In this document: positions 1-11,609 of the stretch, in pieces
Layout of the letters: every line of letters begins with the position of its first letter
Position numbering within the stretch: position 1 is the first letter of the stretch
Assembly (NCBI RefSeq): GCF_000143415.4
Contig: NW_003314309.1
Span: 856,641 to 920,640 of the forward strand
Origin: Selaginella moellendorffii
Lineage: Eukaryota; Plantae; Lycopodiophyta
Direction of reading: 5' to 3'
DNA: 64,000 nt
Notes under the pieces: generated by a model
Seen by the model: the letters and a program-made list of their open reading frames with translations, nothing else
The model's database searches: none
Told to the model about the DNA's origin: nothing
Made by a program: the position numbers and the translations under genes

Positions 1-859
1 CTTGATCCTCTTGAAAATCTAAAACAGACTGCAATGAAACCTTTGTTGTGGGAGATCTCTTGGCAACCAAAGGGGGATTGATCCATGGCGCTCTTGTGGT
101 CAATCCATCGCTGCCGATCACGATTTCCATGCCTTGGATCAGCTCTATTGTGATTGTCGCTCTATAGCAGCACTGGAGATTCTTGAGCTATGGCAATGAC
201 CAATCTAACACTACTACTGCTGTAGCTAAGGCAGCAACAAACCTTGATGCCTTGGGATGCCGTAGAAATCCCAATCACCCAAATGGGCCAAATCCAATTT
301 GTATTCAGCATGACACACTTTTTTAGCTCTTGCTTCATATAACCCTACATCTCATGATTAAGTTTTGGGCTTGAGGGCACTGCCAAGAATCATAACAACT
401 TGCAGTAAAAAGTCAATCTTTCTTTTTAGTTTGTGGCACACCCTTCTTCGACAAGCAATTGGAAAACCCTAGATGGACACATAGAACCAAGCACACAGTA
501 GGCTCAGGTTTGTTTATAACCTTAGCCTCTACCACATATTAAACACTGTTTCATATTTCTCTTGCAAATTCGAGTTTGTTTACAAACACGAACCTGCATA
601 AGCTATAGTTTTCTAGCTTTGTACTTGAAAATTTTAAATTATGCCTCGCCTTCATCATCTTCTTAGAACTATAAGAAATTCCAATAATTTTGATAAGAAT
701 TTCGATACTAACAATTCTAATAAACACCCTGAGCCACTTCAAATTACTTCAGATCAAAATGAAATATATACACATTAAGCAATATCCACTACACCATCTC
801 CACCTTCACAAACCATACTAGCAAGTCATACTATTTACAAAGATTCACAAATTTCAACT

Positions 860-3352
860 TTTGAAATTGGTTTTTTATCATCTATTTGTGTTTTTTGTAA
901 TGCATCACATTTTAAAGATGAGAATATTGCTATGTGTTGTCAACATGGTCAAGTGATATTGCAAAACAAAAACTCTAATTTCAGAATAATATTAGACACG
1001 ATAATAGTGCCCTTGCATTTGCATCAATGGGTGCTAACATTGACACTTGAAGGAGTAACGGTCCTTATTGCTTTAGAATTCATGGGCAGATTTACCATGG
1101 TGTTATGTCATCACATTCTTCTGGTGATCAAAGTCTATCTTATGGGCAATTTTATATGCTAGATACACAAGAGGCCATAGATATAAGGCATCAAAACCCA
1201 TTTAATACAAGTTGCGAGTGAGATTTACTTCTACATCTTGATACACTCTTTCGTCATATTAATCTATATGCACAGGCTTATAAAATGATATATGAAATGG
1301 AACAAAAAGAACTTCATGAAGTAGCAGTTACAGGCTGTCCTTTACATGGTGTTTATATGTTACTAAGAAATGAAGGAACTAATAATTGACATTATAATAT
1401 ACCACAAACAAATGATATTGTTGTTCTTTTTGTTAGTGAGAATGGAGAACCCCCATGTGAACATGAAATTTGTATATATTCTATGGCAAATCATTCTAAT
1501 TAGATTTTAGCACTTGNNNNNNNNNNNNNNNNNNNNNNNNNNNNNNNNNNNNNNNNNNNNNNNNNNNNNNNNNNNNNNNNNNNNNNNNNNNNNNNNNNNN
1601 NNNNNNNNNNNNNNNNCAGATATTTTCATTACTTTCACTTGCAACCCTAAATGGCCAAAAATTATAGAAACCTTACATCCAAATGAAGGTCTTGAAGACT
1701 GTCTTGATTTGGTCTTTAGAGTTTTCTATATTCAACTTAAAGAATTTTTGAAAGACATAATAAAAAAGCATGTATTTGGAAAATGTATAGCATATATATA
1801 CATAATTGAGTTCCAAAAAAGAGGTCTCCCATATTGTGATTTTCTAGGAATTCTAACACATGAAAATAAAATTAAAGACTGTGATGCAATTAATCAACAT
1901 ATTATGGCTGGATTACCAGATCCTCGTAACAAGCCTGAACTCTTTAAAATAATTACATTGTATATGATGCATGGACCATATAGACTTTTTTATCCTAATA
2001 GTCTTTGCATAGAAAATAGTTTTTGCTTGAAAGGTTTTCCAAAAAAATTTAATTATGAAACAATATTTTCAATTAATAGATATCCAGATTATTATAGACT
2101 AGACAACAGATGTATAGTTTTTAAAAATGGTTGTCATATGGATAACCATTGGGTTGTACCTTATAACAAGTACCTCTATAAAAAAAATAAAGCTTATTTA
2201 AATATTAAAAATATATGCAGCTATAAAAAGTATTAAATATTTTTTTCAATATGTTTACAAAGGCTATGATTGTGCCACTATTCAAATCCATTCAGCAACT
2301 TAACAACATGATAATAGTTTAAATTGGGATGAAGTTTTAAGTTTTTTAAATACCATTATATTTTTGCTCCAGAAATTATATGGAGACTTTTCCAATTTAA
2401 AATGCATGACCGTTCAACACCTATAATCCATCCTCCTGTTCATCTTGAAAATTTTCAAAATGTCTATTTCATCGAAGGTAATGAGCAAATTGAACTTCAA
2501 AGAGCTACTAAAAATGGTACTATATTAACAAAATGGTTTGAATAAATAGACAATCCAAATGCAAGACAGCATATGTATCTTGAAATTCCTCTATATTATA
2601 CATATAATAAACACACTCAACAATGGCAAATTAGACATCAATAAAATATTATCTCATGAATGTCTTTTGTTTCCCCATTTAATACTGAACTTTATCATTT
2701 ACCTCTTATATTACTTTACAAAATAGGGGTTATTTTTTTTAATGATATAAAAATATTTCATAATATTTATTTCGAAACATTTCAACTTACTGCATCTACT
2801 ATGGGACTTCTAACAAATGATACAATATGGGAAAAATGTTTAGAAGATGTTTACTCTTTCAAAATGCCACCACAATTAAGACAACTATTTAGTTTTTATA
2901 TGTTTTTTGTAGTCCAAAAAATCCTTATTCCTTGTAGGAAAAATTCAAAAACTGTTTTTTTGAAGATTTTATGCTAACAGATCCATTACTTTATTATGAG
3001 CGTGTTTTACATGATATAAATAGGAAATTTAATCTATATGAAAAATCCAATCAAGACTATGAATTGCCTTTATTTTATCTAAATTTTTATACAAACAATC
3101 ATATTAGTTTGACACAGTTCATTCATTCTGTAGAAAAAAATTTACTTCGGTTTAATGATGAATAACAGATTATATATAATGATATCCTCAGCACTATTAA
3201 CAATCTAACCAAGCAAAATCGATATATTTTCATCGATGGTTCTGGTGGTATTGGTAAAACTTTTCTACTTAACACTCTTATACATATGTTTCAACTTCTA
3301 AACGAAAATATAATTAGTATGGTCTGGACAGGTATTGCAAACACTTTACTAC
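860..3352 (+). mobile_element. Degenerate Helitron Rep/Pif1-helicase, N-terminal part
   Basis: CCQHGQV zinc motif (932); Rep motifs DIFITFTCNPKWP and IIEFQKRGLP, Y2-like SIKYFFQYVYKGYD (~2228-2270); Pif1 Walker A FIDGSGGIGKTFL (~3229-3267) and WTGIANTLL; many stops/frameshifts; cut by an LTR at 3353. Left boundary approximate. Confidence 0.92.
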
Positions 3353-4803
3353 TGTAGCACATGTGGTTTTTACCCTTTATCCTATGGTGATTTATCATAG
3401 GATAACTATGAAGTAGAACCTAGACCCTTCATGTGCCACGTGTCACCTGCCACATGCCACATACCATATGTCCAAAGGATAGTGGTGTGGGACTAGAGTT
3501 TCAGGGCCTTGGGCCACTGAACAAAGGAACGGTGCCAAACTGGAACCAAGGAGCATTGGCACTAGAGTACGGAATGACTCCCAAGCGTACAACCTAAGGA
3601 GCGAAGAGACAGGGGCATAGAGTGACTTGGAACAATCCTAGAGTATCTAGCATCCCGATGCTAGGACCAGCATGTAAAACAGAGCCAAACAAAGTTTGGC
3701 ACTATTTTAACATACTGTAAGCAACCAAAGAGAATGACTCGAGAGATGATCCATAAGGGTTCAAATATAAAGCGAAAGAGCTCATGAACAAGAGTGCACC
3801 CTCTTTTCCAATTGGTTAAGGGTCTTGGGATATTTGGGGTTAAGCGTCCTTGGGTTTAAATAGTATTAGACTCGGTGACCTCCCAGAAAGTCTAAACTCA
3901 GAAGCTTACATATATCAGTGGCTTAACATGAAGATATAGGTATTTCACCAACTAGCATAGTATAGAACTTGGGCTTCGACCCAAGCCACACATAGAACAA
4001 GGACAGACATGAAAGTGGGAGTTAAACTATGCCTCAAGTTGGTTGGCCATGCCTAACCTACCCACTATCCCTACTATATATATATTTAGAATCCCCCACA
4101 GCCCCCCACACCCCACNNNNNNNNNNNNNNNNNNNNNNNNNNNNNNNNNNNNNNNNNNNNNNNNNNNNNNNNNNNNNNNNNNNNNNNNNNNNNNNNNNNN
4201 NNNNNNNNNNNNNNNNNNNNNNNNNNNNNNNNNNNNNGAGGAACACACACTTTGGGCTTTCACCCCAACCCTCCTTTAGTACCAAGAGTTAGTCTCTAGA
4301 ACAAGCTCGAAACTTACTAAATATGGAATGTCCCTAGATTGTGAATTTGGACACGGGACGAAGACCATTGTGTTCAAAACAATCTCTACATTCCGTAGAT
4401 ATGCCAAATAAGCCCATTTAGACACTTTCCATAAATAGCATTTGGGACCGAAATGAGACTAACGCAAAGGGGCATGATAGCGAAGGTGTTTGGCAGACAT
4501 GGTAAGCTATCATCTAGCGATATTAAGGGACTAATCTCAATACGCGAGGGTTCTTGTCAAGCTAGTGCAAGACAGAGCAAAAGAGAACTAAAAAGTCGGG
4601 CCAAGTATGCTTAGCTAAATAGACACTTAGGAATTCCGTCCTTATACTCATCTAGCCAAGTACAGATGCAAAGTCCAATTTACTAACACTTAAATAAGAG
4701 GGGTTAATAAAGGGTTCAGCAATATCGACCTTCTACCGTCGTGACAGTAAGGAAAGAATATCCAAAAGGACTAGTTGATAGGTAACTTTCGATACCCGAA
4801 GTG
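3353..4803 (-). mobile_element. LTR copy of the ~1.1 kb LTR family (contains a Cassandra solo LTR and an N gap)
   Basis: Reverse complement of 12404-13509; starts TGTAGCACATGTGGTTTTTACCC, similarity stops ~12 bp short of the other terminus. Confidence 0.88.
3716..3910 (+). mobile_element. Cassandra TRIM solo LTR with 5S rRNA-like core
   Basis: TGTAAG...CTTACA, 195 bp, reverse complement of LTRs at 10276/10675; 5S-like TTAAGCGTCCTTGGG...GGTGACCTCCCAGAAAGTC; decayed TSD CATAC/TATAT. Confidence 0.9.
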
Positions 4804-5819
4804 ACCAATCTACAGTAGCTACCCTATGACTAAAGATTTCACCATGTACATGAAGTGTCGAAGCCAGTCTACATATACTAGCCCAAACTCAAAGAGCAAT
4901 AGATAAACAATATCAAAGTCATAAACAATAATATCTTAGAGACTTAATTATTAGTGAATAGATCTTATATTAGAACACAAAAGTATTCCAAGTAAGTTAT
5001 TATCTAATAAACTAGTATTAGTATATAGGAACCACCAATATCATCATAATTGGTAAACATAGGATTCACCATCCAACAAAATTCAATAGCCAATGTATCA
5101 TCAAGGAACCTCAATGATAAAGCTTAACTACCAAAGATTGCAGATAGCATACTAAACAATTTACATAAAATAACTCAAAGAACACAAAGTATCATTAACT
5201 GATAAGCACAATGCTCGCGAATGTATCACCTAAAGGAAATAACAACCAACCTATCAAAATCAACTATAACAATAGTCAACAGAATAAAATGAATGTTACA
5301 AAACAAACAACCATTCATTCATGCCAACCATTGCATAAACCAATTTCAATAGATCCCAGTCAACAACACCAAAGAACTAGAGTTGCTTAAACAAGCGCTA
5401 GCAACATCCTACTGATGTCTCAAACCCAAGAGACAAATCCAGAACAAACCACAAAGAACATGTGGTATTGCGAAAAGCCATAAACTATCAAAGAGAATAA
5501 TTAATTGTCATGAAAGAACATCAATCATCCTATTAATAAAGAGATGCATAATTATCAATGAAAAAAGAATTTTACCATCCCGAAGAATAGCAAATCATTA
5601 TAGATCAACAGTAATCAAGAAAAACTTTTGATAAGGATAATCAACTATCCTAGATGATAGTTAATCATCACTAATGATTGCAAGATGTGAAGGCTAACTT
5701 CAACATTGAAGCTAATGAGTCAAAATGCCTTTCCTAACAACTTCAAACAAATAGACTAATGAGCATAAAACTCAAAGAATTAAAAACTCGAATAAGCTTA
5801 TAGTCAAGTCTTGCCTAAT

Positions 5820-7308
5820 AATGATCACAAGTTTTGTATAAACTAACTTCATTGCTAAAGAAGAAATCATGGTATAACCCATAATATCTTTCTCAACAAA
5901 TTTATAAGTTGAACTTTATAATGCCAAAGCTAATGAAGAGCACGTCTGCATCAATCCAAAAGCTAAACATAACAAAGCTATGCTCAACAAGTGATATTCA
6001 AACCGATCCTCCATGAATCCATCTATAGTAAAACGTAACTCACTTCATAACAAGTATAAAAAGAATCATCAATTATTGATATTTTCTAGCTCAAATCCAA
6101 TAAGGATTTAAACATTTCAATATCAATCACTAATTCTTCCTCTCGTAAAGCTAGCGTAGTTCATAACTAAATCACTTTTCAAGGAAAAGCCAAAGCTCAA
6201 CCCCTACTAAACAATCTTGTTTAGAACACAATTAGCCTAACTTGCTACTTAGTTCATTTAAACGTCAATATAGTTGCTAACTAGTAAATGCACGAATGTT
6301 AATAACACAAAGCTACAACCAAATCATCAACACTATTTACATCAAGACTAATGAAACTCAATATCAATCCTACAGAAAGACATCTCATTTCACTCAATTC
6401 TCAACAACAACAATGTCAACAACAAGACATCACTTCAATGCCATCAACACCATAACAAAGCTAGAAGAAAGCAAGAGTGAATCACCACCTAAAGCTCTTT
6501 AGTAACCAAACTAACCAAAGTCGAAGATATTATATTTAGTATCCGAGACCAGTTCTTCAACAATACTCAACTACAAATAACATATCATTAAGGAATGAAT
6601 CACCACATCTAAGACTCAATGAAATCCAACACCACAGAATAAACGCAACCAAATGATATTAATAGAGGTCTAGTCAATATGCCAACATGGAAAAACTATG
6701 CAAGTCTAATGACATGATCCTCCGCAACACGATCCAGTAAAGCAAGTCTATCACCGGTAAATCGTCATCAAGTGAGGCAAGTGTTAACAGCCCTTAATGA
6801 AGTTTACAAGCAATCACTAGTTGTAAAGCAAGTAACAATCACTTTTCAACTTGCCTTCACAAGACCCAAACACTAAACTCACGTCATTGAGTCGTATACT
6901 TATCCAACATGAATGTAATACCCCAGGTATGAGATAAGGGTTCATAGACAAGCACAAACTAAATGACTACTCGAATCCAACTCAACTACAATAAAATCAC
7001 TAATGCGTTTAACCAATAGCTCTAAGCATGCCTTGAAGAGGCTAGATGCATGATCAACATTTAGTCTAAACTAAAGTGAAGACCATGAAATAGATTCATA
7101 TTGGTACACAACCTCCTTATAGACAAAGCTATAGTACAAGTACCAATATCTTAACCTTAAACAACTAAGTTGGACATCACTATCCTCAGCCAAGGTGTAA
7201 GGTTACCAAGACCAAATCAAGATCAGTAAGAGCTCACTACTCTCATAGATTTTAACAAAATGTAAGATGCAACCTGCCACCAAGCACAATGTTACAAAAG
7301 AAAGGCAC
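5820..7308. repeat. Unidentified A-rich repeat, copy 1
   Basis: Colinear with 8547-11608 and lacks the three insertions found there; reads like a decayed + strand ORF, no family recognised. Confidence 0.8.
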
Positions 7309-7322
7309 CAAATATCACCTTA

Positions 7323-8300
7323 GGCCACTGAATAAGGAACGGAGCCAAACTCCCAAGCATAGAGCTAAGGAGCAATGGCATTGGAGCACAAAATGACTCC
7401 CGAGCATGCAGCCCAAGGAGTGAAAGGATAGGTACGCGGAGTGATTTGGAATAATCTTAGAGTATCCAGCATCCTAATGCCAAGACTAGTACGCAAAACA
7501 GAGCTAAATGAAGTTTGGCCATTTCAGCATACTAATGGCCTAATACAAGGATATGGGTACTCCACCAGCTAGCATGGTATGAAACTTGGGCTTAGACCCA
7601 AGCCGGACGCAGAATAAGGACAAGCACGCAAGTAGGAGCTAGACTATCTTTTAGGTTGGTTGGCCATGCTCGACCTACCCACTATCCCTACTATACATTT
7701 GGAACCCCCTATAGCCCCTCCCCCCTTGAGGAACACATGCTTTGGGCTTTCATCTTTAGTCACCCTTAGTACTAGGAGTTAATCTCTGGGATAAACTCAA
7801 AATTTACTAAATATGGAATGTCTCTAATTTGTGAATTTGGATACGGGACGAACACCATTGTATTCAAGACAATCTTTACATTCCATAGATATGCCAAATA
7901 ACCAAATCTAAAAACTTTCCATAAATAACATTTGTGACTAGAATGAGACTAACATAAAGGGCATTATAGAAAGGGTGTTTGGTAGACATGGTAAGGTATC
8001 ATCCAGCAATATTGAGGGACTAATCTCAATACACAAGGGTTCTTGTCAAGCCAGTGCAAGACAGAGCAAAAACGAACTAAGAGCTAGGCCAAGTATGCTT
8101 AGCAAGAAATATATAGGAGTTCCTACCTTATGTCCATCTGGCTAAGTACAAGTACTAAGCTTAGTTTACTAACACTTGATAAAGGGAATTAGTAATACCA
8201 ACCTTCTACCGTCATGGCAATAAAGAAAGAATATCTGAAAGGACTAGCTGACAGATGACTTTCAATACCTGAAGTCACATTCACAACACTCTCCCCCCTT
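7323..8300 (-). mobile_element. Truncated 3' LTR of the ~1.1 kb family plus polypurine tract
   Basis: Matches 12404-~13365 in reverse; terminus ...GAAGTCACATTCACAACA at 8288 followed by CTCTCCCCCCTT (PPT on - strand). Confidence 0.85.
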
Positions 8301-8325
8301 AAGGAAGATTAACGTCCTCGTCGAT

Positions 8326-8487
8326 TGTGGTGCATATGATCATGGGATGAAATTTAGATATACTGTCACTGTGGATTTTTGGAACCTTAGGAGATAAATG
8401 AAGATAAAATAGCCACTAAAGGCTCTCTCATCAAGAAATTACCCCTTTTTCAGGTGGCTTAAGGGGAGAAAAATAAAGTATGCTACA
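8326..8487 (+). mobile_element. Solo LTR (162 bp) of the second TRIM family
   Basis: TG...CA, reverse complement of 9438-9599; TSD TCGAT/TTGAT (CpG decay). Confidence 0.87.
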
Positions 8488-9437
8488 TTGATACATACTC
8501 AAGTCTAAACCACCACCAAGGAAACAACTCTAGAAAAAGTTTACAGTGATCACACTATATGAGAAACGCACCAACTTCAATGCTAAAGAAGATAATTATA
8601 GTACAACTCACAATATCTTCCTCAACACATCTATAAGCGAAATTTCATAATGCCAAAGCTAATAAAGAGCATGTTTGCATCAATCAAAAGCTAAGCATAA
8701 CAAAACTATGCTCAACAAGTGATCACCAAATCAATTCTTCATGAATTCACTTATAGCAAGATATAACTCACTTCATGACAAACACAAAAAAAGTTATCAA
8801 TGATCAATATATTCCAACTCAAATCCAATAAAGATTCAAACATGCTAATATTGATTAGTAACTCTTCCTCTCGTAAAGTTAGCATTGTCAACAACTAATC
8901 ACTTTTTAAGGAAAAGCTCAAAGCTCAACCCCTACTAAACAATCTTGTCTAGAACATAACTAACTCAAACTTGCCACTCAATTTGTTTGAACATCAATAT
9001 AATTGCTAACTAGCAATTGTACAAATGCCAAAAACATAAAACTATAACGAAACCATCAACACTATCTTTATTGAGACTAATGAAACTCAATATCAATCTT
9101 ATGGAGAGACATTTCATCTCATTCGAATCTCAACATCAATAATATTAACAATAAGGCATCACTTCAATACCATCAACACTAGGACAAAGGTAAAAGAAAG
9201 TAAGAATGAATCACTACTCAAGACTTCTTAGCAACCAAGCTAACCAAAGTCAAAGATATCTTAGTTAGTATTTGAGACTAATCCTTCAATAATACTTAGG
9301 TTCAGATAACACATCATCATGAAATGATTCACCATGTCTAAGTCTTAATGAAATCCAACACCATAGACTAAACGCAACTAAATGATATCAATAGAGGTAG
9401 AGTCAATATGCCAATATGAAAAACCCATATAAGTATA

Positions 9438-10125
9438 TGTAACACACCATATCTCTCTCCCCTTAAGCCAACTAGAAAAGGGGTAATTGTTTGATAAGAG
9501 AGCCCTTAGTGGCTATTTTATCCCTATTTATCCCCTAAAGTTCCAAGGATCCATGGTGACAGTATATCCAAATCTCATCCTATGATCACATGCGCTACAC
9601 TCACCCCCCCTTTCAGAAATGTCAATGTCCTCATTGACTATTGACTAACAACCCCTACTGAGCCAAGGGGAACTAGCACCTCCATTTCTGCACTGAATCT
9701 ACCAATCCTTTTATTGTGTAGACCAGCTATTCCATGCGTGGTAACTAGTCATCTACCCGTACCGCAATCCCATGGTGGATATCTTTGTCTGTGGATACTC
9801 CACACAAGAGGAAGGATGTACGCATGGATGTCCAATACGTATGATTTTCAAATTTAGGGGTAGGAATATACCTTGATCAAGGGTATATTATATTTTTAAG
9901 TAGCCACTAATCAATAGGAATCGAACCCATGCCATTTGCTCTGATACCAACTATAGCGCACTTTATCTCTCTCCCCTTAAACTAATTGGAAAAGGGGCGA
10001 TTGCTTGATGAGAGAGCCCTTAGTGGCTATTTTATCCCTATTTATCCCCCAAGGTTCCAAAGATCCATGGTGACAGTATATCCAAATCTCATCCCATGAT
10101 CACATGCGCTATCACATGCGCTACA
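9438..10125 (-). mobile_element. Complete non-autonomous TRIM
   Basis: LTRs 9438-9599 and 9952-10125; tRNA-iMet PBS (GCTCTGATACCA on +, 9938-9949); PPT (CTCACCCCCCC on +, 9600-9610); perfect TSD GTATA; no coding capacity. Confidence 0.93.
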
Positions 10126-10275
10126 GTATAACAACATGATCCTTTGCAACACCATTCGGTAAAGCAAGTCTATCACTACTAATTCATCATTAAGCGAAAC
10201 AAGTGCCAAAGTCCTCAATAAAGTTTACAAGTAATCACTAGTCACAAAGCAACCAGCAATCACTTTTCAACTTGC

Positions 10276-10868
10276 TGTAAGCTCCTGAGTTTGGACTTCC
10301 CAGGAGGTCACCCAGCCCAGTACTATTCAAACCCAGGGACGCTTAACCCCAAGTATCCCAAGACCCTTCACCGATTGGAAAAAGGGGTGCACTTTTGTTC
10401 ATGGGCCCTTTCCCTCTATATTTGAACCCCATGGATCATCTCTCAAGTCGTTCCCTTTGGTTGCTTACAATCCACCACGCTTCCCTGCAAGTTCACGCCC
10501 TCGTGAACGGAAGTTGAGAGCCGCAGCTCTCCCAAGAGCCCTGCTCTCTTGACACCCTACCCCTCGGGTCGAGCCCAACGGGAGCAAACTGGACCAGCCA
10601 GATGTCAATCAACATGTGGTGTGATTCCCTTAGCCAACCAACAGAGTCGGACTTGAGACCGCTCCGATACCAAATGTAAGCTCCTGAGTTTGGACTTCCC
10701 GAGAGGTCACCCAGCCCAGTACTATTCAAACCCAGGGACGCTTAACCCCAAGTATCCCAAGACCCTTAACCAATTGGAAAAGGGGGTGCACTCTTGTTCA
10801 TGGGCCCTTTCCCTCTATATTTGAACCCCATGGATCATCTCTCAAGTCGTTCACTTTGGTTGCTTACA
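10276..10868 (-). mobile_element. Complete Cassandra TRIM with 5S rRNA-derived LTR segments
   Basis: 194-bp LTRs 10276-10469 and 10675-10868; PBS GCTCCGATACCA 10661-10672; TSD CTTGC; - strand GTTAAGCGTCCCTGGGTTTGAATAGTACTGGGCTGGGTGACCTCCTGGGAAGTCC resembles the 5S A-box/IE/C-box; empty site at ~6841-6870. Confidence 0.96.
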
Positions 10869-11013
10869 CTTGCCTTCACAAGACCCAAATACTAAATTTA
10901 TGTCATAGAGTCATATACTTGTCCAACAAAAATATAATACCCTAGATACGATATAAAGGTTCATGGACAGGCATGAACTAAATGACTACTCGAATCCAAC
11001 TTAACCACAATAA

Positions 11014-11326
11014 GGTGAGGAACCTCAAGAGGTGGCGTAGCATAGTCTAGGGCAACTAGATCTTTGTCTTTTTGCGCCGGATCATCNNNNNNNNNNNNNN
11101 NNNNNNNNNNNNNNNNNNNNNNNNNNNNNNNNNNNNNNNNNNNNNNNNNNNNNNNNNNNNNNNNNNNNNNNNNNNNNNNNNNNNNNTATCGAACCACAAA
11201 TTCAAAGAACTCGTTGCCCTCACTATGCTATGCCACTCTTGAGGTTCCTCACCACCCAACCACCCCCGAGCTACCTCAAAAGCTCCACTGCGCCGCCGCT
11301 CCACTGTGAGCCCTAGGGTAGGTTAA
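11014..11326. repeat. Small insertion with ~40-bp inverted repeat spanning an N gap
   Basis: GGTGAGGAACCTCAAGAG... (11014) and ...CTCTTGAGGTTCCTCACC (~11253); absent from repeat copy 1; related to 22500-22792. Confidence 0.65.
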
Positions 11327-11609
11327 CTCACTAACATATTTAACCAATAGCTTTAAGCATGCCTTGAAGAGGCTAGCTATGCATGATTAACACTTAGTCA
11401 AAACTAAAGTGAAGACCATGAGATGGACTTATATCGGTATATAACCTCTTGATAGACAAGTTATAGTATGGGTACCAACATATCAACCTCAAACAACTAA
11501 GTTGGACATCACTATTGTTATCCAAGGCGTAGGGCCACCAAGACCAAGTCATGATCTCTCATAGAGTTTAATAAAATGCAAGGTGCAAATGCTACAAAAG
11601 AAAGGCACA

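Larger units (their letters stand above)
8547..11608. repeat. Unidentified A-rich repeat, copy 2, interrupted by three insertions
   Basis: Aligns to 5820-7308 once 9438-10125, 10276-10868 and 11014-11326 are removed. Confidence 0.8.

Noticed and set aside
10293-10347. 5S rRNA gene
   Set aside because: Only the internal ~55 nt is 5S-like and it lies inside Cassandra LTRs; no full 120-nt gene.
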